Source: Octopus sinensis (lineage: Eukaryota). From it: a DNA stretch of 64,000 bases. The stretch is from contig NW_021832379.1 of assembly GCF_006345805.1 (NCBI RefSeq), positions 1 through 64,000 on the forward strand, written 5' to 3'. Numbering within the stretch: the stretch's first letter is position 1; each line of letters starts with the position of its first letter. The notes below the pieces were generated by a model. That model was given only the letters and a program-made list of their open reading frames with translations. It was not told the origin of the DNA and searched no databases. Below, piece after piece: positions 1-11,900 of this stretch. A program made the translations under genes and the position numbers.

Positions 1-2408
1 ACCGGACACTACTCTCGGATCACAACATAGTAGAGCTGACCATGTACGGGCCAAAAGAGAGCACGGACATGCAGCCTACAAAAACCCTCAGAGTCTTCCA
101 GCTTGAACTTCAATAAGGCAAACTGGAAACAATTGAGAAAGAGATCCTCAAACAAAACTGGCCTGAATGTCTCTCCTCGCCGGACATCGACATGATACTT
201 CAACAATTCATGTCTGTAATGCAAGCCATATGCTGCAGATGTGTCCCAGAGAGAAAGGCCACTGTACACAGGAACAAAATCCCCAGAGAGAGAAAAATTT
301 TAATGAGACGGCGCACAAATATCTCAAATCGCCTAAACAAACAAATTGAAAGCAGTGAAAAGTCCCGCCTGAAAATAAAACTGTTGGAAATTGAAAATTG
401 TCTGCAACTCTCCCATGAGAAGGAAAGAGCAGACAAAGAAGCCTGGGCTATAGACAACATAAAAACTAACCCCAGAGCTTTCTACAGGTATGCCAAAGAA
501 ACAGCTACGGTGCACTGTAGGATAGGCCATTCCTTGAAAAGGATGGCACACTCACAGGAAAACCAATGAGGGTAAGTGAAATACTGAATGAACAATTCAA
601 GAGTGTTTTCACTCCACCCCTTGGGCATTTCCAAATCAGCAATCCAACTGACTTTTTTACCACTGCAGATATAGAATCAGAGGCGGCGACGTTAAATTAC
701 ATCGATATAAAGAAGATGATGTAATAAAGGCTATAGATGAAATGAAAATAGACTCAGCTATTGGCCCCGATGGATTCCCGGCAATCCTCCTAAAAGTATG
801 TAAGAGAGTCTTAGCAAGACCACTGCAGTTCCTCTTTTAGAGCTTCCTTGCAGCTGGCAAACTTCCAAGAAAACTGAAGGAAGGTAAAATATGCCCTATT
901 CATAAGGAGGTAGCAGCGGAGGCCAAGAACTACAGACCTATCTCTCTGACCTCACACATCAGCAAGGTCATGGAACGAATAGTCAGAAGGAAACTAATCA
1001 CCTTCCTTGAAGAAAATGACTTGCTGCCTGACACCCAACATGGTTTCCGACCAGGAAGAAGCTGCTTAACTCAGCTCCTGCAGCACTATGACTGGGTGCT
1101 GAAACAACTGCTCAACACTCAAATGTGGAAGTCATATATCTCGACTTCGCAAAGGCCTTCGATAAAGTCGATCATGGAATGATATGTCACAAACTGCGTG
1201 ATCTTGGCTAGTTGGAAAACTAGGAGAATGGCTTCACGACTTTCTGAAGAATAGAAGTCAGGTGGTAGTAGCCAATGGGGCCCACTTCCATTAGCACGCA
1301 AATAGTGAGCGGTGTTCCACAGGGCACTGTTTTGGACCACTACTGTTCATAATGGCCCTCTCAGACATGCCCTCAGCCACGCGGAGAGCCACGATCACAA
1401 GTTATGCAGATGATACAAAAGTTTCACAGGCAATACAGAACCCTGAAGACACTAGGCACCTGCAATATGAGCTGACGAAATTTACCAGTGGGCTGAAAGA
1501 ATAGCATGCAGTTCAATGCTGAAAAGTTTCAAGCTTTATACTATCAGCATGCAAAACTGAATGCAATACCCAAGGAATACACTGGACCCGGAGGGATTGC
1601 AATCCCAGAGGCACAATCAGTGCGTGACCTGGGTATTCACATGAGTGATGACGCGACCTTTCATGTACATGTTGCTAAACTGACAGTGAAATGCAGACGC
1701 CTGGCTGGATGGATTCTTAGAACCTTTAGAACAAGAGAACAAGAAACCATGATGGTCCTCTGGAAGACACTTGTCCTAAGTCACTTTGACTATTGCTCTC
1801 AGCTATGGTCACCATCCAGTGTCAAGTTGATCACAGAACTTGAGGCGATCCAACGAAGCTACACGAAGAAGATAGCCTCTATGCAGAATGTAAGCTACTG
1901 GGAAAGACTCAAGAGATTAAAATTATATTCCTTGGAGCGTAGGCGGGAAAGATATGCCATAATATACATCTGAAGAGATCCTGGAGGGAAGTGTCCTGAA
2001 CTTTGGCATCGAGAGTTACGCAAACGCCAGAACTGGGCGCCACTGCGTGGTGCCTAGACTCCAAACTTGCCATCAAGATAGGACAAGATTCTGTGATAGC
2101 CTGGCTTCCGAGGCCCACAGCTCTTCAATATCCTCCGATGAACCTGAGAGACCTGCATGGGGTGGATACAGATGTCTTTAAAATGGAGCTGGATCTCTTC
2201 CTGTCAGGTGTCCAGATGAACCAACTTCACGGCAGGAGGGGCAGATGAGGGCAGCTGCATCGAACTCTCTCTCTCTCATGCACCAAATAGCAGTTGCTAG
2301 AAAGCCTCCATGAAGTGAAACCAAGTAGCAACACCAAATGGCGGTGCCCCAGCATGGCCACAGCTCATGATGCTAAACTGGAATCAATCATCAATCAATC
2401 AATCATCA
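1..2408 (+). mobile_element. decayed CR1-clade (CR1/L2-group) non-LTR retrotransposon, ORF2 RT and 3' end
   Basis: Frameshifted pieces NPRAFYRYAK, YRPISLTSHISKVMER, QHGFRPGRSCLTQLL, DFAKAFDKVDH, SGVPQG, YADDTK, LERRRER. (ATCA)n tail at about 2382-2408. Runs off the window start. Confidence 0.9.
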
Positions 2409-3704
2409 TACATATACATATATATATTATATGCATATACATATATATACATATACATATATATACATATATATATATATACATATATACATATATATAT
2501 ATACACATATATATACATATATATATATACACATATAATACATATATATATATACACATATATATACATATATATATATACACATATATATACATATATA
2601 TATATATACATATACATATATATATATACACATATACATATACATATATATATACATATATATATATACACATATACATATACATATATATATAACATAT
2701 ACATATACATACATACATACATATATATATACATATACATACATACATACATATACATACATATATATATACATACATATATACATACATATATACATAT
2801 ATATATATACATACATATATACTATACATATATACATATATAATATATATACATACATATATACATACACATATATATATATACATACATATATACATAC
2901 ATATATACATATATATATATATACATACATATATACATACATATATACATATATATATATATACATACATACATACATACATATATACATATATATGTAT
3001 ATATATATATATATATACATACATATATACATACATATGTATATATATACATATGTGGTGCCCCAGCATGGCCGCGGCCTTCGGGCTAAAACATTTTTAA
3101 GGATTTAAGGATTTAAGGATATATATATATACATACATATAGACATACATATGTATATATATTATAATACATACATATATACATACAATATATATATATA
3201 TATAATATACATACATATATACCATACATATGTATATATATACATATATATATATATATAATATACATATATATACACACATATATATATATATATACAC
3301 ACATATATATATATATATATACACACATATATATATATATATATTATATACACACACATATATATATACACACATATATTATATACACACACATATATAT
3401 ATACATACACATATATATATATACACACACATATAGATATATATACACACATATATATATATATATATACACACATATATATATATATATACACATATAT
3501 ATATATATACACACATATATACTTATATATATATACATATATATATACACATATATATACATAAATATACATATATAAATATACATACATAAATAAATAT
3601 ACATATGTATATACATATACATATGTATATATATATATATATACATATGTACATATATACATATACATACATATTTACATATACATACATATATATATAT
3701 ATAT
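2409..3704. repeat. large (TA)n/(TACA)n microsatellite field
   Basis: Continuous TA/CA/TACA repeats, interrupted only at 3055-3120. Confidence 0.97.
3055..3120 (+). mobile_element. very short 3' tip of a CR1-clade LINE with (TTTAAGGA)n tail
   Basis: GTGGTGCCCCAGCATGGCCGCGGC...(tttaagga)x3, an inverted near-copy of 3705-3762. Confidence 0.75.
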
Positions 3705-3977
3705 ATCCTTAAATCCTTAAAAATATTTTAGCCCGAAAGCCGCGGCCATGCTGGGGCACCACGGCTGAATGAGCTGCACTAATTTGTGAATCCACCAGAT
3801 ACGTGGCACTTGATGAACAAGGGAGTTTGATGCTGCTGCCCGCATCCGCGTCTCCTGTCGTGAGGTAGGTTCATCTGGGACTCCCAACAAGAAGAGATCC
3901 AGTTTAGTTTTAAAGAAACCCATATCCACACCATGTAAGTCTCTTAGGCATTTAGGGAGGATGTTAAAGAGCTGTGG
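3705..3977 (-). mobile_element. 5'-truncated CR1-clade LINE 3' fragment
   Basis: Encodes GVDMGFFKTKLDLFLLGVPDEPT...AAASNSL, homologous to 2130-2370, with the same tail as 3055-3120. Confidence 0.8.
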
Positions 3978-3983
3978 TGTATG

Positions 3984-4014
<31 letters not shown>

Positions 4015-4018
<4 letters not shown>

Positions 4019-4793
4019 GATAGTTGTGTGAAAAAGTGCCACACCCTAGCGGTTGAGGGAACCTGTGGAAGAGGCAGACCCAGGAAAACCTGGGACGAGG
4101 TGGTGGAGCACGACCTTCGAACTTTAGGTCTCACTGAGGAAATGACTAGAGACCGAGTCCTCTGGAAGTGTGCTGTGCGCGAGAAGACCCGGCAGGACAA
4201 GTGAGTCCATAACCCGTGGCCTTCTACTTGGGATGGAGCCAGCCTACGTATGCATACCTTCCCTTCTTGGGACACAAAACTCTACTTGTGAAGACCTGTT
4301 GAGGCAAGTGAGGATCAGAATCGAAATCGATCAATGGAAATTGCAGATGTGTTACCAGTGCCGGTGGCATGTCGATACTCTACTTGTGAAGACCCGTTGA
4401 GGCAAGTGAGGATCAGAATGGAAATCGATCAATGGAAATTGCAGATGTGTTACCAGTGCCGGTGGCATGTAAGAGAACCTTCCATTTCGCAACCGTTGCC
4501 AGCACCGCCCCGTTTCGTGTCCGTTGCCAGCCTCGCCTGGCCCTTGTGCTGGTGGCACATAAAAAGCACCATCCGTTCGTGGCCGTTTGCCAGCTCTGTC
4601 TGTCACCTGTGCGGGTGGCACGTAAAAAGCACCCACTACACTCACGGAGTGGTTGGCGTTAGGAAGGGCATCCAGCCGTAGAAACACTGCCAGATTTGAC
4701 TGGGCCTGATGAAGCCTTCTGGCTTCACAGACCCCAGTAGAACCGTCCAACCCATGCTAGCATGGAAAACGGACGCTAAATGACGATGATGAT

Positions 4794-4796
<3 letters not shown>
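4015..4796 (+). mobile_element. RTE-clade LINE 3' end with 3'UTR and (GAT)n tail
   Basis: EDSCVKKCHTLAVEGTCGRGRPRKTWDEVVEHDL..DRVLWK, then a 3'UTR with a 98-bp internal duplication and the genome-wide tail ccaacccatgctagcatggaaaacggacg. Confidence 0.88.
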
Positions 4797-4834
<38 letters not shown>

Positions 4835-4839
<5 letters not shown>

Positions 4840-5055
4840 CTCAGCTGTAGAAATGAGTTGCGACGTCACTGGTGCCAAGCTGTATCGACCTTTGTCTTTC
4901 CCTTGGATAACACTGGTGGCGTGGAGAGGGGAGGCCGGTATGCATGGGCGACTGCTGGTCTTCCATAAACAACCTTGCCCAGACTTGTGCCTCAGAGGGT
5001 TACTCTCTAGGTGCAAACCCATGGTCACTCATGACCGAAGGGGGTCTTTACCCTT
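4835..5055 (+). mobile_element. SINE-like repeat fragment (cactcagctgta... family)
   Basis: Shares cactcagctgta with 56070. Strand inferred from that copy. Confidence 0.5.
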
Positions 5056-5114
5056 TATATATATATATCTAATCTATCTATCTATCTATATATATCTATA
5101 TGTATATATATATT

Positions 5115-5270
5115 CGACGGGCTTCTTGTAGTTTCCGTCTAACAAATTGACTCACAAGGCTTTGGTCAGCCCGAGGCTATAGTAGAAGACACTTGCCCAA
5201 GGTGCCACATAGTGGGCCTGAACCTGGAACCATGTGGTTGGCAAGCAAGCTACTTACCACACAGCCATGT
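5115..5270 (-). mobile_element. tRNA-derived SINE head plus core
   Basis: The reverse complement has an A box TGGCTGTGTGG, a B-box-like GGTTCAGGCC and the core ccttgggcaagtgtcttc shared by more than 10 copies in the window. Confidence 0.8.
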
Positions 5271-5289
5271 TCAGGTTTACATGATTGCG

Positions 5290-5918
5290 TTGCGAGGTCG
5301 CATATTTTTAATACAAATTGACATACAATGCATTCATCAACTTGATAAACAGTGAACAGAAAAAACACTTTTGACTCGTATTTTTCATTATTTATTGAAG
5401 AAATGTTTGTAAATTTTACGTTAAATATTATTCCAACTTTGAAACAAATTTCAAACAATGACAAAAACTCATTTTGAAATTGGAGAACTTTTATTCCTTT
5501 AAAATACGATAGGCACACACAGTTTTTGTAGAATTTATTATCAACACTAACATTGATAATAATAAACTCTTGTAGAGATAACAGAATACCACTCACATTC
5601 ACGCATCCAAACACAGAGACATCTACACAGTCTTCCCTTTCACATCTACACATCCATTCCTCTCTCTCTCTCTCTCCATTCCAAGCAAATGTCAATCTAC
5701 ACTCATTCGCAAAGAACGAAAAGATCTTCTCTCCTCCTCGTCCTATAACCACAGGCTGATGATACATTCTGTGTTTGGTGTTAGAAAGTTGGTTTTTTTT
5801 AACTCCCAAGTTGAAAGTGAACAACAAAATGTAGATATTTGTAGCAACGGTGCGAGTTGAAATCAGCTTCTTTTTGTAGACCAAAAGGAAACAAATTGTG
5901 GAATTAACCATGAAGTAA
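5290..5918 (-). other. probable FNBP4 3'UTR terminal exon
   Basis: Acceptor tttttcattttctattgcag ends at 5919. A donor CTG|gtacgt lies 18 nt after the stop (8833). AATAAA on the minus strand at 5391-5396 and 5492-5497. The 3' end is approximate. Confidence 0.55.
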
Positions 5919-6049
5919 CTGCAATAGAAAATGAAAAACAAGAGTTAGATACATTTTCAAGATTATAACATATTTCTGCTAATACAGGTACAACACCAAC
6001 TCTCTGACACTGGACACTGATGGTTTTAACCCCTTAGAACCTGTATTAA

Positions 6050-6790
<741 letters not shown>

Positions 6791-7199
6791 TTAATTTTAC
6801 AAGTAGGAACTTCAAATTCCTATGGCCACCAAACAAATTTGCTGCTACCTTGCATAGTTGTACAGTATTCGTAAACTCTTACCATTTATATTATTGCATC
6901 TAATTATTTAAGTAAATTTAATATTTACTTAATTTATAGTGTGTTGACCAAGGTGACCCTATCTAGTTCAGAAAATTCAGTAATCCAGAAAAGCTTTGGA
7001 ACAAAAGTTTCCAGAAAATGGATGTTGTACCTGGAGCACAATTTCAAACAAATTAGCTGTGAGCAATCAACTACACACAGTACTCATTGGATTGGGAGAA
7101 GATTTTTGGACAGAGATTTTATAAAACATTTCACCAATGCTAACCGATTTATTAAAAGTACAATTATTGAAGCCTGGCCCTTATTCTATCAATCTTTTT

Positions 7200-7455
7200 T
7201 TGTCAAACTGCTAACTTACAGGGATGTAAACACATCAACACTGGTTGTCAAGCAATGGTGGTGAACAAAACAGACAGAAAAACACAAATGTGTGTGTGTG
7301 TGTACAATGGGCTTCTTTCAGTTTCCATATAACAAATCCACACGCAAGGCTCTGGTTGGCCTGGAAGCTATAATAGAAGACACTTGCCCAAGGTGCCGCC
7401 ACGCAGTGGGACTGAATCTTGAACTGTGTGGTTGGGAAGCAAACTTCTTTCCGCA
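7200..7455 (-). mobile_element. tRNA-derived SINE, partial
   Basis: Same head/core/(TG)n organisation as 7476-7848. Confidence 0.75.
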
Positions 7456-7475
7456 CAGCCACTTCTGTGCCTAGA

Positions 7476-7848
7476 TTTATTCTTTCACTTGTTTCAGTCA
7501 TTTGATTGTGGCCATGCTGGAGCACCGCCTTAATCAAACAAATCAACCCCAGGACTTATTCTTTGTAAGCCTAGTACTTATTCTATCGGTATCTTTTGCC
7601 GAACCGCTAAGTTGCAGGGACGTAAACACACCAACATCAATTGTCAAGCGATGGTGGGGGGACAAACAGACACACACATATACATGACAGGCTTCTCTCA
7701 GTTTCCGTCTAACAAATCCACTCACAAGGCTTTGATTGGCCCGAGGCTATAGTAGAAGACACTTGCCCAAGGTGCAACGCAGTGGGATTGAACCTGGAAC
7801 CATGTGGTTGGTAAACAAACTACTTACCACACAGCCACTCCAGCACCT
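7476..7848 (-). mobile_element. full-length tRNA-derived SINE with CR1-like 3' tail
   Basis: Head, core, (TG)n linker, then ggcggtgctccagcatggcc. Inverse-orientation relative of 39594-39945. Confidence 0.85.
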
Positions 7849-8209
7849 ATATTTACCATTTTTTCATTTGTGAAGCTAAGATGTAGATTTAATGGTCCAA
7901 CAACTACTAATCACACACTTAGACAATATACTCCCTTACAATTATATATTCAATGCTTGAATGATTTTGCATATAAAATCATTCAACATGGATCTGACCT
8001 GCCAGAAGCCCATTTCTATCATCATCATCATCTAACATCCATTTTTCCATGCTTCCATGACCCAGACAAAATTTGTTGAGGCAGATTTTCTACAACTGGA
8101 TGCCCTTCCAGATGCCAACCCCAACCTGTTTCCTAGTGATGTAATATATCCCCATGAATAGAAGACTGAAAATAAGCCTCATTTGTATGATGATGATGAT
8201 GCTCATTTA

Positions 8210-8410
8210 CAACCATCATATGATGCCTGAACAAGGGTAGACACATACACATAAATGACAGGCTTCTTTCTGTTTCCGGCCACAAATCCACAAGGCTTTG
8301 ATTGAGCCCAAGGGGCTATAATAACAGACGTTTGCCTAAGGTACTGTGCAGTTGAACTGAACTCAAGGCCACATGGTTTAGAAGCAGGCTTCTTAAACAC
8401 ACAGCCATGT
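8210..8410 (-). mobile_element. tRNA-derived SINE, diverged copy
   Basis: Head acacagccatg and core acaaggctttg...ctata recognisable. Confidence 0.65.
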
Positions 8411-8544
8411 TTGTGTCGCCTCTCGTGAAAATTAACTCCCACATCTATGATCCTAATACAATTTTTGAGAGAAATAAGAACTGTTGTGATGACAAGAGCA
8501 ATAATTGAAGGATGAGAATTTGTGGGATAATGATAAAGAAAGTA

Positions 8545-8729
8545 ATTATTTGCCAACAATGTGGCAGTCCTGAGTAGGACGAATGTTACTGTTGCTTAGC
8601 CACAGGAAACATCGCCTCCAGATGGATGCAGATAGCGTGTCGATAGGCAGCTGGAGATGATGTTTCTTGGAACTAAATAACAGTAACATTTGTCTTAACT
8701 AGGACTGCCACATTATGTTGGCAAATAAT
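8545..8729. repeat. fold-back (MITE-like) inverted repeat
   Basis: attatttgccaaca..tgtggcagtcct..aatgttactgtt is mirrored at the other end. The inner gaaacatc..ctccag / ctggag..gatgtttc also pairs. Confidence 0.75.
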
Positions 8730-8851
8730 CTTTACTCTAGAATACTGTTACTGAATGTTTCTCATTCAGAGATTTAGAAATAATAATTTTTCTATTGATA
8801 AAGAAAAAGCATCCAACCGGAAATGAGACGTACCAGTCAACAGAGATGGCA

Positions 8852-8983
8852 TCAATCATCATCTGAAAACTCATGCCGAGCCAATTCATCTTCTTTCTCA
8901 ACTTCTTTCTTCACTTTTTGCCATTTTTGTACCAAGGATGACACATTTTTCTTTTTCAGCGTCAAATTTGTACTTGTGATAAC
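8852..8983 (-). CDS. FNBP4: FNBP4 last coding exon (VITSTNLTLKKKNVSSLVQKWQKVKKEVEKEDELARHEFSDDD*)
   Basis: ctcttgcag acceptor, SLVxKWQ motif, TGA at 8854-8852. Confidence 0.88.
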   Translation of the reverse strand, partial: VITSTNLTLKKKNVSSLVQKWQKVKKEVEKEDELARHEFSDDD

Positions 8984-11900
8984 CTGCAAGAGCAGAAGAT
9001 ATGTAATAAATACATTTTAGTGAGAGGAGCGTTGGGGTGGATATTAATAAGTAGGCAACAGTGTGGAGATGAAGAGGCCAAGAGAAGGAAGCAGTGGAAT
9101 AAGAAAGGACAGGAGGCGTTGGTAGAGGTAAGTAAATATACAGCAGTGGAGAAGTAAGAACACAAGTTGGGTGAAACGAGTGGGAAAGAGAAGTGAGCTG
9201 GGAGTATTAAACAGGCACTCCGGACGATGAGGGTTCCAGATAATTTCATCAATAGAACAGCCTGCTTGTGAAATTAACTTGCAAATGGTTGAGTATTCCA
9301 CAGATAGGAATAAGCTTCATGTAGTTCTCGGGGAGATTCAGTGTGACACAGAATGACAAGGTTGGCCATTTGAAATAGAGGCACAACTCATTGCTAGCTC
9401 AGTGGACTGGAGCAATGTGAAATAAAGGTTCTTGCTCAAGGACAATGTGCTGCCAGGAATTGAACTCATGACCTTACAATCATGGGCAGATTACCTGAAC
9501 CTGTAAGCCACACACCGTCATGTTGAGAGTGTTACTGATAATTAACGAACTGAGTATTAGTCAGGAATGCTAAGAAAAATACTATGTAAATACATTGGTG
9601 AAAAGCAAATTTACTGCAATGTTCGTTTGGAGACACCCCTTATGGACATGCTATGTTTAAAAATACTATACACACACACACACACACGCATGCATGTGCA
9701 CACATATAAGGAGACAAAAACCATCGCAGCAACATCCGGTGTTAACGCCAGATGCATTTCTGCCTTGGGCATTGTCAATAGTGTGTCACTTTCAACCAGC
9801 CAGATGCTTAGAGGAAATCTGTCGCCAATGATATTTATGGAAACAGCAAATAAACATTCACTGCTATTGCACATAACTGCCCAACTGAATAAAACATCTG
9901 TTACATGCAACAGAAACAGTATTAAAGTAGCCATCTATGTAAGAGGGGTGCTCAATAAGTAATGCCCCTGACCCACTTGCAGTTGTTTGATCTAGCTAAA
10001 ATTTTGCCTGTGCAATTATTTATATCTCTATAGATTAAGTGGCAAATTACAGCTCTGAACTAATTGTGGTTTCTGATTTACAGGTATTTGAACTGAGTCA
10101 AGTATGAAATGGAGCCTCTTAAGTGTCGAGCAGTGATCCGGTTTTTGTATTTGAAAGGACACACACCACGGGGAACTTTTGATGAAATGAAAGTAACTTA
10201 TGGTGATGATGCCCCATCATACGACCTTGTAAAACGCTGGCATCGTGAATTCAAACATGGTCGGAACTCTGTGGAAACAGCTCCCAGATCTGGTCGCCCC
10301 CTTCTGGCATTGATGAGGCATCTGTCCGTCAAGTTGAGGCTGTCATTTTGGAAGATCGACACATAACTATTCGCCAAATAGCGCATGAGGTCAAGATTAG
10401 CACCGGGTCTGTGGAAACTATCATTCATGACCATTTGCATATGCAAAAGGTGTCTGCCAGATGGATTCTCAGGTTGCTCACACCTTTCCAGAAGCAAGAA
10501 CGCGTCGAGTGCTCGAGGATGAATTTGGAGATGTGCCAAGAAGATGAGTCAAAATTTTTCAAAAGATTGATTACACAGGATGAAACCTGGGTCCATCACT
10601 ATGATCCAGATACCAAAACCCAGTCAATTCAGTGGAAGCACCGTGACTCACCTCCTCCAAAGAAGGCAAGGGTACAGCCCTCCGCTGGCAAGGTCATGCT
10701 CACAGTCTTCTGGGACCAGGACAGAGTAATGATGACAGATTTCCTGGCAAAGGGTGCCACAATTACAGGAGCCTATTATGCTTCACTTTTGAGGAAATTA
10801 AGAGAAGCTATCAAAATCAAGAGGCGGGGCAAGATCAGCAAGGGCATCCTCCTCCTGCAGGACAACGCTCCAATCCACAACTCGCGTGTCGCCAGATCTG
10901 AAGCACAGGCGTGAGGCTATGAACTCATCCCCCACCCCCCTACTTTCCTGACCTTGCACCCTCTGATTTTCACCTCTTCCCATCCATGAAGTTGTTTTTG
11001 AAAGGAAAGCGTTTCCCAGATGATGCAGCCTTGATTTCTGAAGTCACGTCGTGGTTGGAGGACCAAGCTGGGGTCTTCTACAAAAACGGTCTCCAGAGCC
11101 GCATCAAACGATGGGAGAAATGCGTAACTCTGGGTGGTTCCTATGTAGAGAAAGACTAATAACTGTGCCCAGTTTCGTTGCTCTACTGCTATGGGAAGTG
11201 AGTCAGGGGCATTATTTATTGAACGCCCCTCGTATCATACATAATGTCAATACAGCATTGAAAAGTAAATTTATTGCAGTATTTGTCCTGAGATAATATC
11301 ACTTATGGATGTGCTAGATTTAAAAATGCAATACAAACATGAGCTGAATACATGGACCCATACAGTTGCTGCATGGTATCCAAGAGATCAGAAAAGGCTT
11401 CCACGACAATGGGAAGACATTCTAGTTAAGCAATTTGGGTCAAGATGGAAAAGAATGGTGCAAGCAAGACAGAATTGAAAGTGCATTGTGACCAGTGATG
11501 TATAACATCCTGATGGTCTGGTTGATACTGTGACAGATACACACACACACACACACATCATCATCGTTTAACATCCACCTAATATATAGAGGAGGGAAAT
11601 GAAAACCATCTCAGCAGTGGCTAGTGACAACACCAGATGCCTTACTGCCTCAATAGTGTGAACTCACAGCCAGGTACATGCTTAGACAAAAGGATATTGA
11701 ATTAAGTGAAATGGTTTAAACGAAAAATTCAATTAGTGTTGCTGATTCAGTTCCATGGAAACAACTGCACTTCAGTTACAAATAATACATATTTCTCGTC
11801 CCTGCCAAGAACAAGGAAAGCTTCAATGCTTGCAGGAAACGGGGGGGGGGGGGGGTGTTGTGACATTCAGAAACAGTACAAGTAAAACAACAAAAGCACA

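Noticed and set aside
2294-3668. Many Y/I/H/M/C/V-rich ORFs
   Set aside because: They are translations of the TA/TACA microsatellite. The same applies to ORFs at 21256, 22069, 36520-37259 and 44520.
4706-4712. CTGATGA as a hammerhead core
   Set aside because: It is a mutated ctggtgca of the RTE tail, with no downstream GAAA or stem I.
5177-5941. 254-aa minus-strand ORF
   Set aside because: Low-complexity, overlaps the putative 3'UTR and a SINE, and has no domain motif.
9200-9270. Possible degenerate hammerhead (ttgatgaa..ggaac on the minus strand)
   Set aside because: Core altered, no GAAA and no pairing stems.
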